Positions 35,686 to 48,845 of a DNA stretch of 64,000 nt are shown here, piece after piece. Source of the DNA: Perkinsus chesapeaki ATCC PRA-425. Taxonomy: Eukaryota; Protista; Perkinsozoa. The notes below the pieces were generated by a model that made no database searches, had not been told where the DNA came from, and saw only the letters and a list, made by a program, of their open reading frames with translations. The stretch is from contig JAAPAO010000079.1 of the NCBI GenBank assembly GCA_013115145.1, positions 1 through 64,000 on the forward strand, read 5' to 3'. Position numbers and translations under genes: made by a program. Numbering within the stretch: position 1 is the stretch's first letter; the number at the start of each line of letters is the position of its first letter.

Positions 35686-38600
35686 AATGATGATGATGAG
35701 CGATAGTGATGATTACAGTAAAGTTTCAAGCCACATGTGGAAGAATGGTAACTGAATTGGAAGATGACTGAGATTCAGCCGAACATCAAGTAACAAGTGC
35801 CAGTATATAGGCAATAAAGAGACACAATATTGCCTGGCGGATGCTCACTTCGTCTCTGTGGAGTGATTTTTCGAATCTAAAAGCTCGGCTCAAGTCCACA
35901 TTTCATCAGTTATATAACGCGAAGTGCAATCTCTCGCAACCGTAAAACTTGGTAATCTCTCTCACAGGTGGACTAGCAAGCTCCAGCGAGTCCTTATTTA
36001 TTTTCCCAACACTCAAGGGTGATGCCCTCCAAGATGAGCCACCTCAAGGATGCGCGCTCGGCCATGATCTATCCGCTGTACGGTGGAGGAAGGGTGTGAC
36101 TTGCGGTTGTTGTGGTGAAAATATAAACCAAGAAGGGACAATGTGAGCACACAATTCATACCGCATTTCTCTCTCATCGTCAACCCCAGATACTCTTGTA
36201 AGGCGTGTAAGTACTACTTTTGCAATGCTTGTATGGAAAGTGCGAAGAAATTGGGTAAGTCTCATTTCTTCAAGGTTTGCTGCTGTACCTCATCGCACAA
36301 ATCTGACCTCCTCAAAATGCATCGCGGTGGTCTTAAGGCCCGATTTCGTATACACGGTGGGTACCTGTATCGGGCATGCTGTTCAGATCGCGCGGCTTTC
36401 GAATCCTTACGCTGTCCAAAGCGCCATGAGTTGAAAGAGTTTGTGGCCGATCAGCCAGGATATGTTTGCAACGTATGTGATTCGGAAGCCTTGAAGAAAG
36501 GCGCTCAAATGTAAGGCTTGCGCACTCTGAAGATTTTGGATATGCTGCTCACGATCAGTTTGGGTTGCCGCAAATGCGACTTCGATATGTGCGGAAAATG
36601 CGTTGAAGTTGGATGTAAAGCAAGTGAGTTGAGCTTTTGTGTATCTTGCTCGCTTGGAGCTAAGATCCTTTCAGTTTCTGTCTCGAGCAACTTGGTCGAT
36701 CACCCAACACCAGCTGATTTCAATCGGCTTCACTGTCCTAACCGCCACACCCTGAAGAGGTTCAAGATTCTCAACGGCGCTCACTCCTGCGGATGCTGCG
36801 ATCGATCTAGCCTACCTCGAGGCACCGAAGCGTGAGAATCCCGGCCTCGCTCGACCCTTTCCAATCTGTTCTTCATAGGTTCTCCTGTGATAAATGCAGT
36901 TATGAGCTTTGTTTCGATTGCGCCTGTAAGTGCGTGTTGGCAACGCTACGACTCTCCGCAGCTGTTGTCAGACAGCGATAGAGTGCCCGAATATCTTTTC
37001 GATTCTCGTAATATAACTCCCTTCAAAAATTTAGTCCGCTTGCCTTTGTAATACATTTCCTGCTCAATCTATCTTGTATGTTTAATATCGTTTCGACAGT
37101 GTTCGGCCTGCAGGTAAGTCACTGATAGCATTCAAATCAGGAACAGTGTCGAGCGCCGGGAAAGAACTATTAGACAATGTAAGTGCGTAAGGTTTGACCC
37201 TTGATTCCAAATACGAGCAGATAATAATTATATCATTGTTATATATCATTAACTAGTCATGAAACGGTTATAAGATTTTGTCAAGTGAATCTCAACTATG
37301 ATGTGCGTAACATATCCGAAAATGAGCCCTAAACTGGTTCCCGTTGTGGAGTAATGATATTATTTCAAAATTTTTGAAATTTATTTGGAGGACTGTATAA
37401 TTTTTCTAGGGTGTAGATAACTTTCAGATTTCTGGCATACTGGAGGACAAGCAAGCGTTGATGGAGCACTGTGCGAGATGGTTTAAAACTTATGATGTCA
37501 ACAAGGACGGTAGCTCTTTTTATAATCGATCACGTGATCGATTACGACTTGTCAGGATATCTTAGCTTCGTTGAGCTGACCGACCTATGTGGGCAGCTTC
37601 TCGCCGATCTGGACGTACCAGGCATGGACAAGTGTACAGTGCAGCAAGTAAGATATTGGAGAATCTTTAATCGATTGCGCGATCGATTTGTTTTCGATAT
37701 ATTATTCTTCAGTACATGAAGAAGTACGACGTTGATGGTGACGAGAGGCTTACACCAAAGGAGTTTCACGAGTTGTTTAATCGTATATTATTGAAGGCAA
37801 AGTGAGGGTCTCGGGTTCGATCCCGGCATATGTCGTTTTAATATTTAGAGCCATTCACACACCATTCGCGTTAAAGCGACGAGGACTTCTCGGGAGAGCA
37901 AAAGGTGAGAAAGCGTCATTCGGATGAATTTGGTCTGTTCACTAGCAGTGTCGAAATTATAAAATATGTTGCGCCGCCCGCAGCGGGTACATGTAGCTGC
38001 CGACATAATTATAACAACCCAGGCCACGTCGTCCAGAGCCGCCTCCGATCGGCACCGCATCACACCCTGCAGAATTGAACATCAGCCTACGATAGGACGC
38101 TCCCCTCCGCAGTCTGGAGGGAGTGGGTTCGCTCGAAAACCGGAAATTCACAACGGGGAGAATTAGCTCGTGAGATGATCAATAATATCAAGCTGGAATT
38201 CCGAAAGAACTCTGTTAAGGAAATTCCTGCTGGGCAGAACGATTTGTGTATAGAGGAATGCGTTAATGCAGGAGTCTACCTACAGTGAGACGTTGTCAGG
38301 CATATCTCACGCGAATCATCATAATCATACAAACGGGTGACCGCTGGATATCGTATTTTTCTTACGAGTTAGCGCCACCTTAACTTTTCCCGGCTGCATA
38401 TATCAATGTGTTACAGGAACTGACTCAGTTCAACTGAGATGTATAATAAGCTAGGTTGCTCGACAGGTCTGCCGTCGGGGAGATACACTTTGAGGGAAGA
38501 CCTCGGGCACGGATCGTTCGGTGCGGCACAGAAAGTGATTGATAAATTGACAAAGGAAGAGAGGGTGAGAATGACACGGTAGACTGACGCAATTGCGAGC

Positions 38601-41214
38601 GACGAGGTTCAGGTTATGAAAACGATCAGCAAAACTCAAGGACATACGTCACAGGAGGAGTTGGAGTTGGAAATTGAATGCATGAAAAAGATGGACCATC
38701 CGCATATACTTAAACTGTTCGAGTAGGCGGAGTGGAAGGAATCTTTAATGCTCCAAACACAAAATTACATTTGTAATGACTGTCCGGAAATTCCAAATGA
38801 AAAGGGTGAGGAGTTTTCGAATCGAAAACCGAATCGAAAATTTCGATTGTTATTACTGCGTCTCACACTGTTTGATTGTTATCTACAAGTGTTGTATATT
38901 TTCCGGCAAGGGGCTGGTTCGGCGAGACGTTCGGACAACCCCAGCATTAATAGCTCTCAGATACTACGAAGACGCCAACAACATGTACCTTATTCTTGAC
39001 ATTTGTGAGGGTGGGCATCTGCTCGGGGTGAGCTAACTTTGTCTGCGGGATACATTCATTTCTCAAGGTTATCGAAGATTCTCACAGGAGTCGGAATCGC
39101 AAGCCCATGAGCGAACGGTGGATTTGCGAAGCGTAAGGGGAATAACGAATCGTCGTCAGTCGAGGGGGGTTAATCCACCTCTAGCCTTGACACTAGGAAC
39201 TTTAATTGGCACAAGTTGGGGTGACAGTGTTGGGATTAGGTATCTAGTTCACGGTACTCGCCATCTACAACGTGTGTTCTTTGACAATCGTTATTTATCG
39301 AGTTCACCCAGTCCTCGGTTCATTCCTTCACTGTGTGTCCCAGAGATAATCCTCATTACATAATCCAAGCACCGACTCCGAACTCCCAAGATACTTGTTA
39401 TGCGAATCTTCGGCCCTCCGTGGTGCTCCAGATGACACATTCCAAAGAGAGCGTTCAAGATGACGCGTTCTGTGGGTAAAATTCGGTGCAATAGCATAGA
39501 TGCTCAGTAACCGTCTATTATATGCGCCTTTTGCGGGGACTCTTCATAATATGTTTAATACGGTAGGTTCCGGCAAGTACTCGACGCAGTGGCTCACTGC
39601 CATATGCACGGGCTGATTCATAAGGATATCAAAGCCGAGAATATCTTATTGATGAGTAAAGCTCCACCTGGCAGCAAGAAAAGTAAACATTTAGAGCTCG
39701 AATATTATTAAATGCCCCGACTCGGGCTTTCCTAAGTTGAGTTCATACTGGCCTGCCGGGAGCTGGATCTCGGCCTGAGGATTTTTTAGTGATTTCGATT
39801 CCTTTCAGAAGTGTTCGAATTGAAGCCGCATGTTGTGTTGATCGACTTCGGCCTTGCCGAACTTTTTGATCCTTCTCGAGCGTTTCATTCGAAAGTAGTT
39901 GCTGGCACACCGTACACGATGGCACCCGAAGTAAGCTTACCTGCCTGCCGAGCAAATTACTCCCCTACGGCTCAATTCTCAGGTGTGGGCTTCTGCCCAG
40001 AATCGCACGAAGACTTTTGGTCTTAAATGCGATGTGTACAGTCTGGGGTGTGTTCTGTTCCATATACTCACAGGAAAGGTGTCGACCGATGAATGTGACA
40101 CGGTCTATGTTATTGTCGTCAGATACCAGTTTTACCAAAGTCGAATCACACACGGGACTGGATCAGAGCCATCGAAGCCGGTCCCAACTGGTCACTGGTG
40201 GATAGCACCGGAGCATCCAAGGAAGTCCGCAAACTTGTGCGGTCGATGATGAGGTGCGTGTAGAGCGAGACACTTGGTTGAAGCTCGTTATGCCTCCAGC
40301 GTATCCGAATCCAACCGGCCGTCATCTCGGGAATGCCTGGAGAGCGACTGGTTCCGTCTGAACCCTGATGAGCATGTCCAGAGACTCAGCCCTGTCGCAG
40401 TAAAGGTATGCCTCGTCAAATCTTCAGCAAGATTTCCCAGCAACCGTTTCAGGAAATCGCGGAGTTCTCGAAAAGATCTGCGTTCGAGAAAGCTGTCCTC
40501 ATGGACGTCGCGACACAGGTAGAGGCACACGTTTGTGATCTTCGAAGATTCTTACTGTCCTGCCGCTGCTGGGCTCAGGTACACGCGTTGAGTATCCCCG
40601 ATATAAACTCGATTTTCACTTCACTTGATGAGGCCAACATTGGTGTGCTGTCGGCAGACAAAGTTGCTGTGGGGCTGAAGAAGTAAGAAGTTTCAAGTCT
40701 CCCGGCTGCGACAGCTTTATATTTAGTTTGGGCGTCGACCAGTCCGTCGCTGAGAAGGCTGTGAAAGCTATGGACATGGACGGAAATGGGGAGTCTTAAC
40801 TTTCTCAAATGTGACCAATTCAAGTGGTGTTGCTCAGGATCGATTACACCGAGTTGGTGGCCGGCCTACTGTGTGCGTACGATGACCACGTCGACCGGCT
40901 TTTATGGGCGGCGTTCAGAAATCTAGACAAAGACAATGATGGCCGATTGGATAGAAGCGAAGTCTCTGAGTTACTGCGGTAAGTATATTCTGTAGAGCCG
41001 CCTATTTGTACCACTTATCGATGCTTCAGCTCTGCCAAACAGGGTGGGAGCGGATGCATCATATCGGATAATGACATTGGGCTCATCATCGATGAGCTGG
41101 ACCGTGACCAGGACGGGTAAGGCTGCTGTTAGTTTAGTTGTTCACCATTTTCTTAGTTACATCCAGTACCACGAGTTTCGTGCGAGGTTTACACCGAAAG
41201 TAGTGAGCTTGTAA
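35686..41214 (+). CDS. Calcium-dependent protein kinase with N-terminal Cys/His-rich repeats and an extra EF-hand pair; 5' end approximate
   Basis: LGHGSFG; MDHPHILKLFE; HKDIKAEN; IDFGLA; AGTPYTMAPE; CDVYSLG; C-terminal EF-hands (DMDGNG, DKDNDGRLDRSE, DRDQDG); upstream YDVNKDG and YDVDGDE EF-hands spliced in frame to the kinase. Confidence 0.9.
37802..37835 (+). pseudogene. tRNA-3'-half/B-box element starting at the donor of 47-nt intron 37802-37848
   Basis: GCAAA|gtgAGGGTCtcggGTTCGATCCcggcatatgtcG-TTTT; 21-nt spacing. Confidence 0.85.
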
Positions 41215-42449
41215 AGAACAATTCCGTGTCAATTAACACCATCGTCGAACAAGCATGTCTGTTATGTCCTTCAACCTTGTTGTCGAGTATAGGAATTGCG
41301 TTTCAAGTTGCGCACGCGTACGTACGCACTGCAAGGCTCGCCCCGATGAGTGAACAAATAAGACTCATTGACAGAGGAAGTATTATGATACTTTGAAACG
41401 AAATACCGGGAACTTTCCGGCGGGAAGTCGAACGGAGTTGCCTCGAAATTTGACTCAAACGAAGAGGGTGACGTCTCCGTATTATATTGCTCCTATGAGG
41501 ACACCATGATGCACCAGCACACCCCAGTCTCCGGTAGCACAGATGCATATAAGAAGCGAACATTATGAATAATACAACGACACATACGAGCAGTACGAAG
41601 GAATGCAAACTCTACAAAGAGCAGTGTCCAAGTTGTCTCACATTGGGAACACTTTTCACCCTCGAGAAACGCTTCCTTAAGTCTAGATGAATACCTCCTC
41701 CGGAGTTATACAGCGAACTATGGTTGCACGCAGTTCACAATAGAATATGCGCCCAACTCTGGCGTATATGGAAAGCACATCATCACTGATGCTCCATCAG
41801 CCCACGGTTGATGTAGTGACGATTGTGGCATTGACGCACGCAGGTGGAACCTTAGCCGAAGTCCATGCATCCTAGATCGAGTTAACGTCATCAGGGCAGC
41901 ACACGAAGCCTGGCTGGCTGCAGAAGGCTGCTTGCCAGCCGCACCGGTCTGTCTGAAGATGAGCATGGAAGCCGAAGGTATTCAGACAACTCAAGTGAAA
42001 TAGCACAACAGTATGATCGTTGTCGTAGCCAATGGCTACTAGCCAGGATCATCGTACTCGGCCCCTAATCCTTCCAAAGAAATGTCGAACATCAACGTAT
42101 GCTAGCTAATTACAAATGTTTTTGCTCTACTCGACACTGCGGCAGATTCGTTCTTTTGGTCAGATGAATCTGACCTCGAGTGACAATTGCGTTGTATCGG
42201 AGGCAGCACATTGACTGGTAATACGTGCCAGACTGCGAGCGTGTCGTCCAGGAGTGTCTCCTCAGCTGTTTACCTCATCTTACGGTGAGATTCCTCCGCA
42301 TTACACCTTACGCTAAGGTGTAGCGGCTACGCCTGAACCGATACACCACAGTTTTACATGCGGCTTGTTTGACGGCTCATTGAGAACTTAGTAGTCGTGC
42401 ATCCTTGTGCGTAAGGAATCTCCTACGTGAGTCTCCATACTCCGCGTGA

Positions 42450-44088
42450 TGGCATCCGGCCATTTAAAAATAAGTAATGCCTGTGACTGTGTTCAACCGT
42501 TAACTGCTATTCCCAGTTACTTGATCACAATCCCTGACGACGAGGACGACTTCCGATTCAATGTCTTCAGCCAGACCGTTAAGTTCATAGACGAGGTCAA
42601 CGCGCAAAGTAGGCAAGGGAGGAGCTTATCATACTTGGGGATGACCGTTTTTTCAGATCTCTCGTATAAACTGGCTATCAACGAGAATTCTGCTATGACT
42701 CTCGATGAGATTTCGGCTGCTCGTTGTTGCAGCCTCACAAACAACTCTCAAGGTTAGTCTCATTAATAGAATAGTTTACAATCGTTCCCTTTTGATCTTA
42801 TGGTTGTCAGATGTTCCTGAGGGCACAGTGGCCAATCACCTACCACGTCGATCTTTGGGTGGTTTTCCGACAGATTTAAGCTGGGTGAAGCGCGGTGCAG
42901 TGAACCCACCATCGAACCAAGGTGACTGCAACTCATGCTATGCTATGGTTACCCTAGGTAGGTGAAGCCTTCGAGTGGTATCGTTAGATTCTACATCAGG
43001 TGCGATTGAAGGAGCCTTCCAGATCAAGATCGGTCATCTGCCTAAACTTTCAGCCCAGCAGATCGTAGACTGCTCTATCCCATGGGGGAATAGGTAGGTT
43101 AGATCTCTTCGATGAAGAGCCTCTTCATGGTCTTAAATGATAGCCAGAGACAGTTACGCCCGGATTGCATGGCTTACAAGAGTTCTGTTCCGACTCACTA
43201 CATCCTCTTTTAGTAGAAATATAATACATCCTACATTATACGTGCTGTATACCAACGGCGTGACTGTCGCATTATGTCAGTGTTTTTAGAGGATGCGAAG
43301 GCGGCACAATTGGTAACACGGCGACTTACGTGAATCTGAATGGTATCGTGTCGGACAAGGACTATCCCTATGCTACCAAGAAACAAGACTGCAGCAGTGT
43401 GGTTTACGATTTCGATAAGGCATGCCTTGAGGTATCAACTTCGATCGCTGAGTCTGATGATAGTATCATTTAGAGAAGCTCTCTCTGTGGACCCCGCTAT
43501 GCTGATCCGTCACATATTGTACGTTTCAGGCTGGTGACCTACTCAAGAAAGGAAGTGTGATTATGCCCAGTCGGAAGCTGGATGTGCTCATGCAAGAGCT
43601 GCAGTCTGGTCCCATCGCGCTCACATTATTCAGCAATACTCCCGAGTTCATCCACTACCGTAGTGAAATTCTAGATAGTAGCTCCCGAAGTGTCTGCTAG
43701 AGTGTGTGATGATGCCATTGTCAGTCCCAAATTGCAAGGGCGACCCGGACCATGCCATGTTACTTGTTGGATATGGTGTTGAGGGAGGGAAGGAGTAAGA
43801 AACGGTTTTGATATATCTGGAACCATCTAGTACTATGTCTAGCAGAATAAATGTAGCATATCAGTTACTGGATATTGAAGGACTCCTACGGAACTCAGCG
43901 AGGTGAGAATGGGTATATAAGAGTTGCCAGGGACCCGACAAAGACTGATGATCCAGGTAACATTGGAAGGACTCACAGCAAACTGATGAACTAGTTTTCC
44001 TTTTTCAGGCTTCTGCAACATGCTTCTTGATACGGCCTATAGACCCGTTTTGAACAAAGTGTTGAAGTCTACGGCATGCAGAAGCTAA
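42450..44088 (+). CDS. Papain-family (C1A) cathepsin-L-like cysteine protease with I29 propeptide; 5' end uncertain
   Basis: FRFNVFSQTVKFIDEVN; YKLAIN; NQGDCNSCYA; LSAQQIVDCS; GCEGG; DHAMLLVGYG; YWILKDSYG...GENGYIRV. Confidence 0.92.
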
Positions 44089-46129
44089 TCCGACAAACTC
44101 TCGCTTTAGATTATATGGCACCCTCAGAAGGTGCTTTTTAGTAAAAGCTTTGTTAGTTGTAAACCTAGCCCAGTGGGCTAAGCCCACTTACCAACTGCGA
44201 AGGTATACAACGTTCATCCTGAATGGCTCATCCATTCATCCATCAGGTTTTGCGTTCTGAGTATCACAGAGACTTTTAGTATCTCCTACGTGTTTCTCCC
44301 ACCCGAAAAAATGCATGCACTGTCTTTCGGCTCCTTATTCACTATCACAGTTGTAGGGTACAACAGTGGTGGTTGCCCTGCAGCAGGGCCCCTTGTCAGC
44401 TGCGTTCGATCTAGGCATACCACAATGCAATAGTTGTAAGAGTAAGAGTAAGAAGAGATACTCAGTATACTTAAAGAGTAACGTAGCACACTGTCTTAGA
44501 ATAGCGTACAGCTCAAAGATATTACGTCACAAAAGGAGACATCTAACACAACGGGACACAATAGATTGATATCCGAGACCCTGCTGACAGTGTCAGCCTG
44601 ACACTGTGACAGATCCGACGTCTGTCCGACAGTGTCTTACGAAGCCACACGTGACAGGTGGCCTAATACCCGGGTTACCAAGTCTCGGCTGGTACTACTG
44701 GGCCTAGTAGTGAACGAATCCTGTGATGAAAATTAATAAATGGGTCACTAAAGCTGAAATTTTCGCCTGAAAATAGCTCGCAGTTCGAGTCAAACTGTTT
44801 GATCCGAGTAGAAATATTAAAGATGCGGTGAATGAAACGCTGAATCTTACCACGCATTTTTAACATCAGGACCTGATGTTGAAAAGGTAATGATCAAGTT
44901 CGCATTTCGTCCAAGCGGGGGAATTTGGTCAATTTCGCCGTTAGGATCTTCGACTCGAAGACTTCGATCGATGAAATCGAACTTCGCAAGTTCGATTTCA
45001 CGTTCGGGCTGCCAATGTTCGCCAGTCTCTCATGGTACATAATGTACCGTACATTCAATTTCGCACTAATAGGAAATTCAATTTAATAGTTAGGATGCTT
45101 AACTTCGGAAGGCTGATTTCGTCAGAGTCGACAGTAACCCCAAACAATTGGATGGAAACCACGCACTGCGAACACGATAAACATTTCAAACACTGACAGT
45201 GTTTAAAGCAGTATTACATTCCTGATTGATGCTGAGCATGGTGAGGCTGGGATTCCCAGCCTGGAAGTAACAGACTGTTACTAACAGTTGCTCAGCAACA
45301 AGCCTGGTTGCTCCCAGTGTAACTCAGGGAACCTAGGCCCTAACTGGGTTTTTCTTTTCCGAAAACGAGCGGAAGCTTTCGCCGCGAAAGTTTCGCGAAG
45401 TTTTCGAAAAATTCCGAGAGATTTCAGCGGCACTACACCATTTCAAGATCTAATTAGTAAAAGCCAAGATCGAATTAATATAGCCCAGAACAAATTAGTA
45501 AGAACCCAGAACAAATTGATATAACCCAGAACAAATTTTGTCTTGAGCACTCCTTGAAGGAGCGCTCAAGGGGAAAGATAAGGTTTGCGGTAGGATTCTT
45601 ACCGCTGATGCACCGGAGATTGAAGATCTCCGAAGGAAAAGGTCGCAGCCCTAATTCAAAATATGATCATATAATTTCGCCAAAAAAGGATAGTGGTTCT
45701 CTTGCAGCAAAAGTCTTGCTGATGCCGTATTGAATGATTGATACAGTATGTAGAATGTCCGGCGAGGTAGGATAGCCCGGCTGTCACAGCCGGCGGCTGT
45801 CTGCCACAGGTTTTGCCGTTTTGGGTACCTTGTTTTACTGAAGTTAATTCTATTAGGTAGTGCTTCCTCGGTCGAAGATAAAATTCAATAGTGTCATAAG
45901 TGATGGAGAGGCGAAGACGAGTGGCGACGATGGAGGTAGTGAACACGGTTGCTAAATCATTAAGTGGGAGTGCCGACCTATTGATATTTAAATTTTGCAA
46001 TGAATATTGTAAACTTATAATTATGAATCCTGCGGTATTCACGGAGGGTTGAAGCTTGGGCCATCTCCTGAACACCCTTTGGGGACTCCTCAATGAGGAG
46101 AATCTCCCCGGGAGATTATTCGCAAATGG

Positions 46130-47130
46130 AGTCTGACATCATGGCTTTTAGTACTCTAGCAATCGTCACGAATGCCTATGGTTGAATTGGATACCCTCTT
46201 TGTCGTTTACGCGGTTGCTGTACTGAAAACCTGTTCCACATTACTTCCAACTGCGGTGGGTTATGTAATGCTGAATACTTGGACCGTCAAAATCGTGATG
46301 CTTGCTTGATTTACAGAAAATGCTGGTCGTTACTGCATTTGAGCGTAGGTGGTGGATTATCAGACCCTCGTGGGTTTAAAATGAATGTGGCTCTTAATAT
46401 TCAATATGGAATATTGGGATCAAGCTGATTAGGCTAATCAGATTAGCTGTTTATCGAAAGATATAGGGATCGGCCCCAGAAGTTATAACGTATATAGACT
46501 CTATAACTTCGCTATAACCTCTATATTATAGAGGAAGGCTGATTCAAGCATCCTTGGCACAGCAACAGTTATGAGGGGTGCGCCGACCGACTGCCGTCCA
46601 CAAACAATGGTCTGGAATCTATGAACAGTCAGTTGAAGTCTTCAACTTGACGATATCGGGAGACAACCTTCGACGTTCTGTGCGACGGTCGCGCTGCGAT
46701 CTGATGAGATGGGACCATGAGACTGTTGGAGTCCATAATGGGTAATGCCCAGTGAACATTGCTCAGGTTAATGGAATTGTGGAAAGTGAAACGCCTCACT
46801 ATCGTATATATTCACGCTCGTAGACTACTTCGATGGCGATGACAAGTAGGCGGACCACTGCAGGCTACTGATATTAGCCTCGCCAGCCTGATGACACCAG
46901 GAGATCGTCTTGATCCTCTAACTATTTTTTGATAAGGTCAGCGCACCGATATCAGAATGTCACTGATGATGAAAAGGCAGGTTTCCAATGTTGGTGAGAG
47001 AAACATAGCAGGAAGTTTCTGCCAGAAACGCGTTTTGCCAAACACATTTTCTGGTCCATCGTATACCCGTGTGACGTTGACAGAGCGAATGACATTCTCC
47101 AAACGTCGTAGTCCGAGGTAGCGGGTAGTG
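46130..47130 (+). mobile_element. Decayed Mutator-like (MULE) transposase fragment
   Basis: SYEGCADRLPSTNNGLESMNSQLK (46567-46638) resembles the MULE EG...PSTNN.LE motif; stops nearby; possible frameshifted SWIM remnant (FCKHI) near 47035 and a basic tail. Confidence 0.6.
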
Positions 47131-47214
47131 TGACATGCGGCAATGTTTGTAGGCCTCAGGCAGAAGGATATGATTCGCCCTTGAGTTCCGTGACACCTGA
47201 GAAAACCTTCGGCC

Positions 47215-47800
47215 GAGGCCTGATCAAGTGGAAGGCTTCCACTTGATCAGGCCTCCAAGCTCATTGAGCTTATTGAGCTCAATGAGCTCCATCATGAAAC
47301 CTCCATGTAATCCTGCCAGTCATTTGGTATTGTGAGCCATGTCTTTCGACTCCGACAGTTGTGTTGCGTCTATATGATATAGACGCAACAATAATAAATT
47401 GTTATGATATAGACTATATCATAACAATTTATTATTATTAATAAACTTTATACGAAGTCGTTGATCACACTAAACGCGGTCGGATCTGAAACCGGCGCGG
47501 ACCACTATGAAGGTTCCGTTCAAACCTACTAAACTCGTTGGCATTGTTATTTATCGCATATTCGTGTACGGTACACGCCGTGTGCTACACGGTGTACCCA
47601 AATATAGGCGCGTGGCTGGTAACGCTGGTAGCTCTCAAGGTGGCAATCTCAACCTATTAGTTAACTAGGCGGTCTAGTTATTAGTCTAGGCCAATAGTTT
47701 ATACTACACTGATAAAGCGATCTCCTAGGGCCCCTAGGCTAGGGGGACGTAGTTAGAAATTGTACCGGAACCGTTCCGGTACAACCGTTCCGGCGGAACG
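47215..47800. repeat. Cluster of perfect palindromes/hairpins
   Basis: 20-bp arms at 47215-47255; 13-bp arms at ~47258; 12-bp and 23-bp arms at ~47365-47436; 12-bp arms at ~47759; mostly 1-nt spacers. Confidence 0.92.
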
Positions 47801-48845
47801 ATACAATTCTATTTCAGAACTGTATCGTTTAGGTGATGATGATTTTCAATCAAATTGAATTTGAAGGAAATTCGCCACGGGGTAGTCTCCTCAATACTGC
47901 CTAAGTGACCCAAACATCAATGTCAATTTCGTGTATATGGGCCAGTGAACGATTCATCATGAACCCGTTCGAAAATCCGGACCTCGTGCCTCACTAGCCG
48001 AAAGACATTTTCAGAGAGCGATCAGAATGGCGGGTATGTCAAAGACCTCGTGGAGATCGAGTAACATTCGAGAAATATTCAAAAAAATGTCATTTGTCGG
48101 CGATTATAAAAATGGGTAAAAACGTTACATCAGATTTTTACGGTATACTTGACACAATCGTCCGTGTTTTTTATCAGTGCCCGTTGATCTTTTCTTTTTC
48201 AGCAGTATTGCTGTTGACTGTTTATTTATTCTTTTAAAGGATACCATTCCCTTCTAACCGTCAATAACATCATCCTCATCATCAAGCATCGGTTTTTTTA
48301 ATAACACCTATGCAGCAAATTCCGAGACCGAATTACAGACCGCCGGCCGGGCCTATCGCTCTGGCATATAACGCTTTAAGGGACATGTACGTCCTTTTAT
48401 TGGTACTAGCTATCGCAGAACTCATCACAAGATCAGACTTCTTGCACTTTACCTTTAGATGGTACTATCGTTGGGGTTTCAGTATTATTAGGCAATTTTC
48501 AGGTACGTAATCATAGGGACTGCTTACGCGGTTGCTAGACAGCTTGTCTCTTGGGTGTTCTCGATAATAGAAAGCTACACTGTAGAAGGAAATACTGCAC
48601 TAACTGGAGCCTCGGGACTAGTGGGGCCACGTACACAGAAGTTTACAAGAACCGGTACTATAGGCGGTAGTTTTATTATCAATAGAGATGTATGCAATAA
48701 TAATGCATGCAGTCATAGAGGAACATCAGCTGTTAGGAGGACCAGGAGGAATGTACTTGATGTTTTCTTTTTTATTTAGTATCATATTTTCTAGCAAAAT
48801 GCACACACTTGCACATTTTTGCACTAAATCTTCGAATTAGGAGCT

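Noticed and set aside
40365-46712. Other CTGATGA matches (13945 minus, 40365, 46702) as hammerheads
   Set aside because: No stem II + GAAA core follows
47215-47800. CRISPR-like array
   Set aside because: Palindromes are all different, with no repeat-spacer periodicity; eukaryotic context
44741-47912. Possible TIR pair tgggtcact...agtgaccca around the MULE relic
   Set aside because: Only 9 bp match and no target-site duplication
48310-48700. Small spliced membrane-protein gene (Tom7/QCR-like?)
   Set aside because: Plausible exons but similarity too weak to name
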